A DNA stretch of 64,000 nt from Entomortierella parvispora E1425 (taxonomy: Eukaryota; Fungi; Mortierellomycota), in contig BQFW01000013.1 in the NCBI GenBank assembly GCA_020891255.1, forward strand, positions 1,922,001 through 1,986,000, in the 5' to 3' direction. The position numbers and the translations under genes were made by a program. The notes under the pieces are model-generated. The model saw nothing but the letters and a program-made list of their open reading frames with translations, searched no databases and was not told the DNA's origin. Below, in pieces: positions 52,191-61,625 of the stretch; positions within the stretch are counted from its first letter, which is position 1; the number at the start of each line of letters is the position of its first letter.

Positions 52191-53982
52191 GTGCCAGGAC
52201 TGAATCTGTGGAGTGAACAGACTCTATGAATTCTTTATCTGACACTGGCGACATGTCTCTAGTCTGAGAGGAGTAGGACGCAAGAGTGAGTGCGTTGAAG
52301 TTGATATCAAGATCGTGGTATGTTTGCCACACATTTTTACGAGAGCGTAGTATATGAAGAGGGTCCTTACTGTAATTGCGCTCACGAGAGTTGTGGCTAT
52401 CCCTGTTGTCTCTGCGCTGGCGATTGTCAGCTTGATATGGCCCGAAGCGGCTTGATCCGCGGTGGGAACGGTCTTGTCGATCGTCTGAGTTGTGTGAGCT
52501 ACGCTCCGAGTGTTCATTGCGTCGTCGTTCGTCGTTCTGGCGCGCACGGCAGGCGTCCTTCTTATGGCCTAGCTTGTTGCAGTAGTCGCAGCTGATATGG
52601 TCCTTGGAAACGTGGTTGCCGTTCTTGTTACATTTATCACACCACATCTGCTTCGACTCAGCCTTGGCGGCGTGAGAGTTGGTGGTGGGCATTACTGGAG
52701 CGCTAAAGTTTTCGCGAGCTCCAGCTGGTCCTGTTAGCTTGCCCAGTGCGATGCAAAAATCAGCGATAGCAATTGGAGTGTCTGGCACTGATGTTGCTTG
52801 TGGGTTGTCCAGTACGTATTGCGATTGGAATCGCGTGTTGACTGTGTCCATTTCAGATGATGCAAGTCCTTGTCGGAGCAGAGTCAAAACCACATCGTTG
52901 TTGTCTTGTACTCGGAATAGCTTTGTAGCTCTTGCGATCCGATGAGCGTAGTGACTATATGGCTCTCCTGCGAGTCGTCCAAATTTGGTGAGCGTGGTAA
53001 CAGCGTTTTCTCGCTCTTCGATTGTTAAACATGTCTCGAAGAACGTCCTCTCGAGATAGTCCACTGTCAGCACCTCCTTGGGTGCCTTGAACTTCTCTTT
53101 CAGATTGGCATGAAAGTGGTCGTTGTGGACCAGGTACAGGAGGTATTTGTCTCCATGACTTCCTATGATTTGCTCCCCCACATACGGCGCGATTTCTCGT
53201 TCGAAGTGCGCCCACCAGTCGTATGCCGATAGGGATCCTGATGATCCGAATCGAAGCCATGTGGATAGAGGCTTGACAGGAAATCCTGCCTCAGATCGCG
53301 CTTGTGGAGCATGGTTGCTTGCGCTTCGATCCTGCTCTTGATAACGGTCTACGGTGGACTGATTTGGATATGCCCATTGTGCTGGTACAGGGCGGCGAGC
53401 TGCGTGAAGAGCATTGTATGTTTGCTCCATACTGCTGAGGAAGTCCTCGTTGCGCTTATGTTCTTCCTCCATCTTGTCTGTTTCCGGTGTGAGGTCCATG
53501 GGAGCTGTACCGGCATGGGTGACTCTTTTGTTACGTGAGATATGTAAAAGGAGTCTTACATTGGTGAGCCGAGTAGCTTCCATCTGTGCGTACGTTGCCG
53601 CAATGTCTGCCTCTATTTCCGCATCTGTTATGTCAGGCAGGGCAGTATGGGTAGGTACCGCCAAGGCTCTGGTGATTGATACGACCGATGTAGGACTATC
53701 CTTTCTTGGAATAGATGGCAACTGTGACGGTGGTAGTCCTTCAAACGTCAGTCCACTTCTGGTGCCAGAGCTGGTGGATGGAATGGTTTCCTCGTCCACA
53801 TCCATCTCTTCTGTGATGGATCCTTCGTGTGTGGCTACAGTGGCCAAGTCTCCGCCATTGTTGGTGGGTTCTCCAGAGTTGGAGGCAGTGGCGCGCGCGT
53901 TGGCGGCTTGTGCAACAGGTATAACAACTGCAGCGACTCTGCTCCGAATTGGTTTGTTGTTGTTGAGATTCACTTTGCCCAT
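52171..53982 (-). CDS. Element B Gag (two zinc-knuckle-like motifs)
   Basis: 603-aa ORF containing CDKCNKNGNHVSKDH followed by CDYCNKLGHKKDAC. Confidence 0.9.
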   Translation of the reverse strand: MGKVNLNNNKPIRSRVAAVVIPVAQAANARATASNSGEPTNNGGDLATVATHEGSITEEMDVDEETIPSTSSGTRSGLTFEGLPPSQLPSIPRKDSPTSVVSITRALAVPTHTALPDITDAEIEADIAATYAQMEATRLTNVRLLLHISRNKRVTHAGTAPMDLTPETDKMEEEHKRNEDFLSSMEQTYNALHAARRPVPAQWAYPNQSTVDRYQEQDRSASNHAPQARSEAGFPVKPLSTWLRFGSSGSLSAYDWWAHFEREIAPYVGEQIIGSHGDKYLLYLVHNDHFHANLKEKFKAPKEVLTVDYLERTFFETCLTIEERENAVTTLTKFGRLAGEPYSHYAHRIARATKLFRVQDNNDVVLTLLRQGLASSEMDTVNTRFQSQYVLDNPQATSVPDTPIAIADFCIALGKLTGPAGARENFSAPVMPTTNSHAAKAESKQMWCDKCNKNGNHVSKDHISCDYCNKLGHKKDACRARQNDERRRNEHSERSSHNSDDRQDRSHRGSSRFGPYQADNRQRRDNRDSHNSRERNYSKDPLHILRSRKNVWQTYHDLDINFNALTLASYSSQTRDMSPVSDKEFIESVHSTDSVLAHAGEGK

Positions 53983-55587
53983 GTCGCGAAAAATTTTTCA
54001 AAGCTGAATTGAGTTAATGCCGGAATGAACTGAATGTCGAAAAAGTTCACCAAAAGTCCATGAGCGGTGGCTTGCGTGCAGTAAGTGGTGTTTTGGTAAC
54101 TTTCAAGGGTCCTGAAAGCGATGCTGTGTTCCGTTTAGATGGATGGGTCGGATTGACGGGTGAATTGGCGTTCCAAAGTTGATCTCAGTTAAATCGAGTG
54201 GAATTAACTTGCGGAATGTGAGATGCAGGTCAATGCTGGTGAATGTCGTCGCAGACAGTGAAGAAATGCTGTTGATCGGTCGAGTGCTGACGAGTGCGGT
54301 TGAATGGAGGTGAATGCCGGTTGTGAATGTCGGTTATGTTCCTGATCCTGCGAGATCTTCTTCTCTTCACTGAAAAAAAATGAAAAGTATATGGCACACG
54401 GAGTCAGTGAGAATAAGAGAGGGATCTCTGTTTTATTGAACCGGTCAGGATATTATCCTGACCGTTGCCTCCGTGACTGTGCCTTGCTGCCAGCAGCATC
54501 ATTTGCCGCTGCGCCACCAAATTATGCGACACTGATGTGACCCAATTCGCGGCAGCGGAAGCAGCCACCGTTACGTACAAGGTACTCTCGGTCGGCGGCG
54601 GTCAGGGGTGCGGGGCGATCTCGAGAAGGGTTGTTAGTACCGTTGGTGGGGCGGTTCTGTAAGGAGCGGTGAAGGGTGCCGAGTTGCTTGTGGATATTGT
54701 TGAGTTGGATATGAATATTGTCCACCTCCATTGCGTTGGGGTCGGTGATACCAGCAGAGGATCCCGAGGCAGCCAGTGCTTTGGCACCGAGTGATGGGTC
54801 TCCAGTGTGGAAGATACGACCGAACTCCTCCGCGGCCTTGAAGAGTCTGGGCAGATCTATGGTGTCGTTGCCTGCATTAACAATGGCCACTTCCAGCATC
54901 TGGCGAAGCTGAGTAGGTGCACCACTGAGAAAGGCAGTACGGATAGTATCGTTGAGAACTGTGTTGTCGACGTAGTAAGACTGGAGGAGTAGGTGGTATT
55001 CACGGGCTTTGATAATATAGGCCATGACGTTGGAGATGTTCAGTGGCAGTGTCATTTTCATTTGCATTGTGAGGGCGAGAATGTGCTCCTTAAACTTCGC
55101 AGGGCTGAACTCGGCGGCAAGGAGCTCGCTGAAATCCGGGAATGAGGTGTCGGATGGCTTGTTTAAGAGTGCCCACCAGCCGATAACCTCATCGCCGGCA
55201 AAGGCAAGGGTAACCCCGACCTTGCGAGATTCGGCAATTCCAGCGCCATCGAAGAAAAAGGTCATGCGTTTCAGAAAACCGAGAACAGAGAATCCGTCGC
55301 GCTTGCCGTTGAACGGTGTTGGATGAGGGAATTTGAATGACGGTGTCGCGGAGTCCATGTTGGGTGAATTGTCGAGGGAGAGTTGATCGAAGAGGGATAC
55401 GAGGGGGTCCAGGGTGTGAGTGTGTCGGAGGGTCAGTGGGTCAGTGAGGTCAGTGGATCGAAAACCTTTGCTACCATGCAATAGGAGTATCGAGGGTGGA
55501 GTGGAGACAAGAAGTGAGTTTTATTATATTGCAAGTTTCTAGCTTTTGTAGGTACACATCGCGTGATGTCACCGTATTCCTGTTACA

Positions 55588-55767
55588 TGGGCGAATTGAG
55601 TGGTCATTCATTTCTCATTGCATTTATTGATCTGAACTCAAACCTGAACTAAACTATGTGAAAAATACCAAGGAAACGTTAGTAGGGAGGGGGTAAGGTG
55701 AAACTAGATGGAGGGAATGCAAATGGCATTCATGTCGAAATCAGCAAATCATCTGATCATTTTTGCA
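55588..55767 (-). mobile_element. Putative solo LTR D (180 bp)
   Basis: Non-coding TG...CA segment with AATAAA on the minus strand, lying between the A1 5' LTR and the truncated RT of element C. No second copy in the window. Confidence 0.4.
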
Positions 55768-58472
55768 CAGCACTGTATCATCAATGAGTCTGGACGTCGT
55801 ATCGTCCCTAAAAAGGTTGCGAACATCCGCTCTTGGGCTCCACCCACTGACGGCAAGATGGTTCAACGCTATCTTGGCATGTTCAATTACTTCCGAGAGT
55901 TTATCCCTCTCTACTCCACCTTGGCTGCTCCACTAGACGAACTCCGATTTCGTAGAGGCTCGTTCGAGCTTTCACCACTTCAACTTGAATGCTTCACGCA
56001 GATCAAAGAGTTGATCAGCCGCGCACCAGTCCTCTCTTTCCCGGACTTCACTCAACCGTTCTACGTTGCTACAGACGCGTCCAATCTTGGACTTGGCACT
56101 GTCCTGTACCAACTCCAATGGCCCTGGTGACGAATCTGTGGTTAACTACATTTCATTCATGGCTCGCTCGTTAAAAAAACATGAGCGTAACTACCCTGCC
56201 TATAAGAAAGAGTTACTTGGTATAGTCTACGCCCTCAAGAAGTTTCATTACTACCTGTGGGGTCGCCACTTCACGCTGTACACAGACCACAAGCCTCTTA
56301 CTTTCATCCAGAATCAGACTGATCTACCTACAACTATTGCCAATTGGACAGAGACAATCCTCAGCCACGACTTTGAGTGTATCTATCGTCCTGGTCTGCT
56401 CAACATCATTCCTGATGCTTTATCGAGAGCATTCCCTAAGGAACTCTGGACTCACTCCTCTGAACCGTCCTCTGAACACAGAGACAAGCGTCGCAAGACA
56501 GCTGCGGTCACCACTCGTCGTGGATTCCGCCCAACAGTCCCTGAAAATAATGATCAAACTTTATCTGTCTCGTCTGAGCAATTGGGCAATAACCTCTCTG
56601 ATCCCTCAGCACCCTTCGTGCATCAGATGCAATTAGCCGAAGACGCTATGACCATCCCTAAAGAATCTGAACGATCTGATCTTCTCCAGAAGACTCATGG
56701 CGATGCTCACCTTGGAGCCAACGCCATGGTCAGCGCCCTGCATTTGCAAAAGTTAACTTGGCCAAAACTCAAAGATGCATGTCTAAACTTTATCCGAAAG
56801 TGCACGGCTTGCCAGCACTTCAACATCGCAAGAAAAGGGTACCACCCTCTCAAAGCTGTCCATGCCACCTTCCCTGGTGAACATCTAGCTATAGATCTTG
56901 CTCAATTTCAGCAGAGTTCTAACAACCACGTCTACGCCCTAGTCGTCGTTGACGTCTGCACCCGCTTTGTCTTCTTACGTCCCCTCAAGACGAAAGAGGC
57001 TTCTGTAATCGCTAGAGAGCTCTTCACGCTCTTCAGTGATATTGGCCCTCCAAAGATCGTACAGACAGACAACGGCTCGGAATTTTCTAATCTATCGTTG
57101 GACTCAGTTCTAACGCTTCTCCAAACGCAACATCGTTTGTCAACCCCTTACCACCCTCGCGGTAATGGCATTGCTGAACGACTTGTTCGCTCATCCAAGG
57201 AATTGCTGCGCAAAGTGCTCCACGGCAAAGTCCTTGACTGGGACTCGTACCTCCCAGCAGTTCAATTCTCTCTCAACACTAAAGTAGCGAGTCTACACAG
57301 TTCCACTCCATTTTCTCTATTCTATGGCCGCGCTTATTCAAGCGTCAGCAACTTCAAACAAATCAAGTCTGAACTCACTCCCGAAGATCTTGACGATCGT
57401 CTTGAGTATCTCACAAACATTGTCTTCCCCGCTATCTCTGAAAAGAGCAAAGCCAGCCAGAAACAAATGGTTGACAAGTTCAATCGCTCTCACCATATCA
57501 CAGAGTTTCCTGTTGGATCATTTGTCATGACCAAAGACATGGAAGCCACTGGCTCTCTTGATGCTACGACGGCCCTTACAAAGTTGTCGCGCGCACTTCT
57601 CATGGCACTTATACTCTGAAGGATACCACCAACACCATCCTCTCTCGCAACTTTGCACCCGAGCAATTGAAGCTCGCCCTCCGCGATGACGAAGAAGACA
57701 ACAACAGTTATGAACTCGAAAAGATCATTGGGCACCGTGATATTGCCCCCGGGGAGACGGTTTACATGGTTAAATGGAAGAACTACGATAGCTCACACAA
57801 CCAAGAGTTGCCAGAATCAGCTTTCAACTCCAAAACAATCATTCCACGCTACTATAGACAATTGCAAAAAACGAATCCTGAGCTCGTGCCCGCCAACAGG
57901 ATGCAGCCCGAACCCAAAGCTAAAATCAAGAGCACCGGTCCCGCTGCGAAAAAGAAATCTGTCACCTTCGCACAGACAACCAAGGCCGTCACGACAAGAA
58001 CAACACGCTCGACTCGACCCAGTACCAACAAATAACTCCTGTTCGAAGAATCCCGCTTCGAGGTTTTTGCACGCTTACGACCCTGGTCGTTTGAACGTTT
58101 TCCTCACCCTTTCCTTCGTACAGACATGGGTTTTTCTCATTTTCCCATTCGCACAACTTCAATTGAGGTTTATTATTTTGCCCTCTTCATTTTCTCTTCT
58201 GAGGTTTTCTTCTTTTTCTCCTCGCACAACCAAATTAATTCTTTTGAGTTTACTTCTTTCTCAAAATCTGAGGTTTTTACGTCCTTTTCCTCAACGGTCA
58301 TCCTCTCTCGAGCACCTCCCTGGACCTAAAAACTCGCCGGGGGCTTCTGTGCCGGATCAGGCCTCTGACCCTTAATTTTCAGTTGACGAAGATATATCAG
58401 CGCCTCAAGCGCTCTCTCATTGAAACAGATCTCTTCTTCCGTCTCGTCATTACTCGTACCCATACTTACTCA
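55768..58472 (+). mobile_element. 5'-truncated, frameshifted Ty3/gypsy element C (relative of B): RT end, RH, IN, chromodomain, 3' UTR, 125-bp 3' LTR (58348-58472)
   Basis: FREFIPLYSTLAAPLD (nearly the same as B), ATDAS, AIDLAQF, QTDNGSEF and chromodomain YELEKIIGHR..YMVKWKNY. Frameshifts at about 56110 and 57565. Its LTR shares CA.T.AAACAGA..TC and CCATA..CTT..CA with the B LTR, and both LTRs are preceded by TTC after a G-rich tract. Confidence 0.85.
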
Positions 58473-58577
58473 CGTTGACGGGGACCCCCTGCCCCGCACA
58501 AGGAGAATAAACAACTACGGAGGCGAACACTAGGTACCATACTAACAAATAACAACAACAAGGGAGGATTGAAGGGA

Positions 58578-58970
58578 TGTCACAGTCGGACAAGGCAGGA
58601 ACAAGAGAAAGAGGGAAGGTATGGTTTATTGGGAATTGTGAATTGCAGACTGGGGAATACAGCTATGAATCAAGGGGGTTTTTATACTAGAGAGAGGTGC
58701 GGGCCTGGACCTAGTCTGCGTGGTGTCAGGGAGGGCGCCGGGAAGTATAATCATAAGCTCGACCTATGAGTTGGGACGTAGATGGCGACAACGGTGATGA
58801 AGGAGAAGATGGAGGTCCAAATGGGTGCAGCCGACGGATATATATCAATGATAGATGGAACATCCGAAGTCTAGACCCTGGAGGACTCCAATGGGTTTGA
58901 CCCTAGGTCCTAGGTTCGGATCCTATATCAAGCAAGACGCGTTCCGACAATGGGTGGAATGGAGTGACCA
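58578..58970 (-). mobile_element. Putative LTR E (about 393 bp)
   Basis: Ends TGTCAC...GTGAC(C)A. On the minus strand there is a TATAAAA near 58680-58686 followed by AATAAA near 58626. Non-coding. Confidence 0.55.
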
Positions 58971-59081
58971 TGTAACAGGAATACGGTGACATCACGCGAT
59001 GTGTACCTACAAAAGCTAGAAACTTGCAATATAATAAAACTCACTTCTTGTCTCCACTCCACCCTCGATACTCCTATTGCA

Positions 59082-59127
59082 TGGTAGCAAAGGTTTTCGA
59101 TCCACTGACCTCACTGACCCACTGACC
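59082..59127 (+). promoter_or_regulatory. Family A primer-binding site with extended tRNA-iMet complementarity (mirror copy at 55431-55476)
   Basis: TGGTAGCAAAG-GT-TTTCGATCCACTGACCTC directly after the LTR CA, followed by two more CACTGACC repeats. Confidence 0.8.
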
Positions 59128-60098
59128 CTCCGACACACTCACACCCTGGACCCCCTCGTATCCCTCTTCGATCAACTCTCCCTCGACAATTCACCCAACA
59201 TGGACTCCGCGACACCGTCATTCAAATTCCCTCATCCAACACCGTTCAACGGCAAGCGCGACGGATTCTCTGTTCTCGGTTTTCTGAAACGCATGACCTT
59301 TTTCTTCGATGGCGCTGGAATTGCCGAATCTCGCAAGGTCGGGGTTACCCTTGCCTTTGCCGGCGATGAGGTTATCGGCTGGTGGGCACTCTTAAACAAG
59401 CCATCCGACACCTCATTCCCGGATTTCAGCGAGCTCCTTGCCGCCGAGTTCAGCCCTGCGAAGTTTAAGGAGCACATTCTCGCCCTCACAATGCAAATGA
59501 AAATGACACTGCCACTGAACATCTCCAACGTCATGGCCTATATTATCAAAGCCCGTGAATACCACCTACTCCTCCAGTCTTACTACGTCGACAACACAGT
59601 TCTCAACGATACTATCCGTACTGCCTTTCTCAGTGGTGCACCTACTCAGCTTCGCCAGATGCTGGAAGTGGCCATTGTTAATGCAGGCAACGACACCATA
59701 GATCTGCCCAGACTCTTCAAGGCCGCGGAGGAGTTCGGTCGTATCTTCCACACTGGAGACCCATCACTCGGTGCCAAAGCACTGGCTGCCTCGGGATCCT
59801 CTGCTGGTATCACCGACCCCAACGCAATGGAGGTGGACAATATTCATATCCAACTCAACAATATCCACAAGCAACTCGGCACCCTTCACCGCTCCTTACA
59901 GAACCGCCCCACCAACGGTACTAACAACCCTTCTCGAGATCGCCCCGCACCCCTGACCGCCGCCGACCGAGAGTACCTTGTACGTAACGGTGGCTGCTTC
60001 CGCTGCCGCGAATTGGGTCACATCAGTCCCAATTGCCCCAAGTACGGCAACGGCAGCCGAGGAATTAATCAAGTAACCGCGGGTGAATCCCCTGATTC

Positions 60099-60142
60099 GG
60101 GAAAAGCCTCCGGCAACTAGGGTCGGTCCGGACCCCAGTTGT
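60099..60142 (+). promoter_or_regulatory. -1 programmed ribosomal frameshift signal of family A (mirror in A1 at about 48404-48447)
   Basis: Slippery heptamer G GGA AAA in the gag frame, a 7-nt spacer, then hairpin GCAACT-A-GGGTC / GACCC-C-AGTTGT containing the gag stop. Pol is in the -1 frame. Confidence 0.85.
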
Positions 60143-61625
60143 CGAAACTGTAGCCAACAACCCTGAGCTAAGTACCTCAAATAAAACTTCACTTGATTCT
60201 ACACCTCAGAAACATGACTCCAATCATGACAAGCGAACTCACATCCACGATGCTCTGGTTGTTCTATCGGACCGAAACCAAAACCAAACCAAAAAACCTG
60301 TTGCCTCGCCCGCTCCAGTTGCCCTGTCCGCTCCTCTACCTAGATCCTCCGATACAGATGAACCGGACCCTCTCGCTGTACCGCCGGCACCTAGTGTACC
60401 TCTGTCCAAAAGTCAGTTGAAGAAGTTGAAGCGTCGTGCGATTCGCCTACACGAATTCACTGTCCAAAAGGCAGAGAGCCAACTGCTCACTTTCATCGGT
60501 TCTGTCAATGGCCACGCTGCCAGAATCCTGATTGATGGTGGTGCAGAAGGTAATATTATCAGTTCGTCTTTTCAAAAGCGACACCAGCTCCTCCGCACTG
60601 AATGCTTGCCCATCCCCATCCTCCTCCCCAATGGCTCTTCCTCCCTCACATCACACACCGTCCCCATCACCCTCAACCGCAGCGACTACTCCGATTCGCT
60701 CAACCCTATTCTCTATCCTCTCAACAAGTACGACCTCATCCTTGGCAAACCCTGGCTCACCAAAGTTAACCCTTGCATCAATTGGCGCACCAACGATCTT
60801 CATTTCACTCACAATGGAATCGATGTCAAATGGAGCTGCCGCGGCTTCAAGGCCGATCACATCCAAAGCCGCACCAAAGGACTCCTCCTCACACACATGC
60901 ACTTTCATTCCATGGCAACCCTGCCCGGCTCGGAGGTGTTCCTGGCCCTTATTCGCAACACCCCAGAGCCCTCTGAAGAAACTGACCAACCGCGTACAAT
61001 TCCCGATATGACCCCCAGAGGTGCGGTCCATTGTCATGGAAGAGTTCGCTGATGTCTTTCCGGAGAAACTCCCGGACGGCCTGCCCCCAGACCGTGGTGA
61101 TGCTATGAAGATCGAGACCGACCCGACAGCCGACCCACCCTTCCGCCCTGTCATTAGACTTTCAATCGCCGAGCTTGACGAACTTCGCAAACAACTGGAC
61201 CAATTGCTAGCAGCAGGTTTTATCAAACCCAGTACCTCTCCCTATGGCGCCCCCGTGCTCTTTGTGCGGAAGAAGGACGGCACACTCCGAATGTGCGTCG
61301 ACTACCGTGGCCTCAACAAGATCACCAGGAAGAACAGACACCCGTTGCCCCGTATCGACGAGCTACTTGACCGCTTCCGTGGAGCACGCTATTACTCCAA
61401 GTTGGACTTGTTATCCGGTTATCATCAGCAGCGTATCTTTGAACCACACACACACAAGACTGCCTTCCGTTGTCGCTATGGTCACTTTGAGTTCAATGTT
61501 GTTCCCTTTGGCCTTACTAACGCTCCTGCTTCGTTCTCCAATATGATGTTGCGAGTGCTCGATCCAGTCTTGGACAAATGGGTTGTCGTGTATCTCGACG
61601 ATCTGTTGATCTACTCCAAGACAAA

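Larger units (their letters stand above)
48525..54531 (-). mobile_element. Full-length Ty3/gypsy chromodomain element B (6007 bp)
   Basis: Identical 151-bp TG..CA LTRs (48525-48675, 54381-54531), TSD CTGAT on both sides, PPT GGGAGGGGAAG just before the 3' LTR, and gag and pol ORFs. Confidence 0.97.
45450..55587 (-). mobile_element. Ty3/gypsy element A1: 5' LTR 55477-55587, gag, PR-RT-RH-IN; interrupted by element B and truncated in integrase
   Basis: 111-bp LTR, PBS TGGTAGCAAAG, gag CCHC knuckle split at 54532/48524, ILIDGGA protease, YLDD RT, ETDASG RNase H and MDFIGPLP integrase. Several deletions relative to A3. Confidence 0.93.
58971..61625 (+). mobile_element. Ty3/gypsy element A2: 5' LTR 58971-59081, PBS, gag (ATG about 59200-60120), PR and RT start; interrupted by A3
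   Basis: The LTR is identical to those of A1 and A3. Gag has CFRCRELGHISPNC. Pol is open in the -1 frame from 60096, has an extra C at about 61012-61016, and the RT stops just after [11 protein letters not shown]. Confidence 0.95.

Noticed and set aside
59082-59112. tRNA gene remnant on the minus strand
   Set aside because: Only the 3' half is present, it includes CCA (not encoded in nuclear tRNA genes), and it sits exactly at the PBS position in both copies; treated as a PBS.
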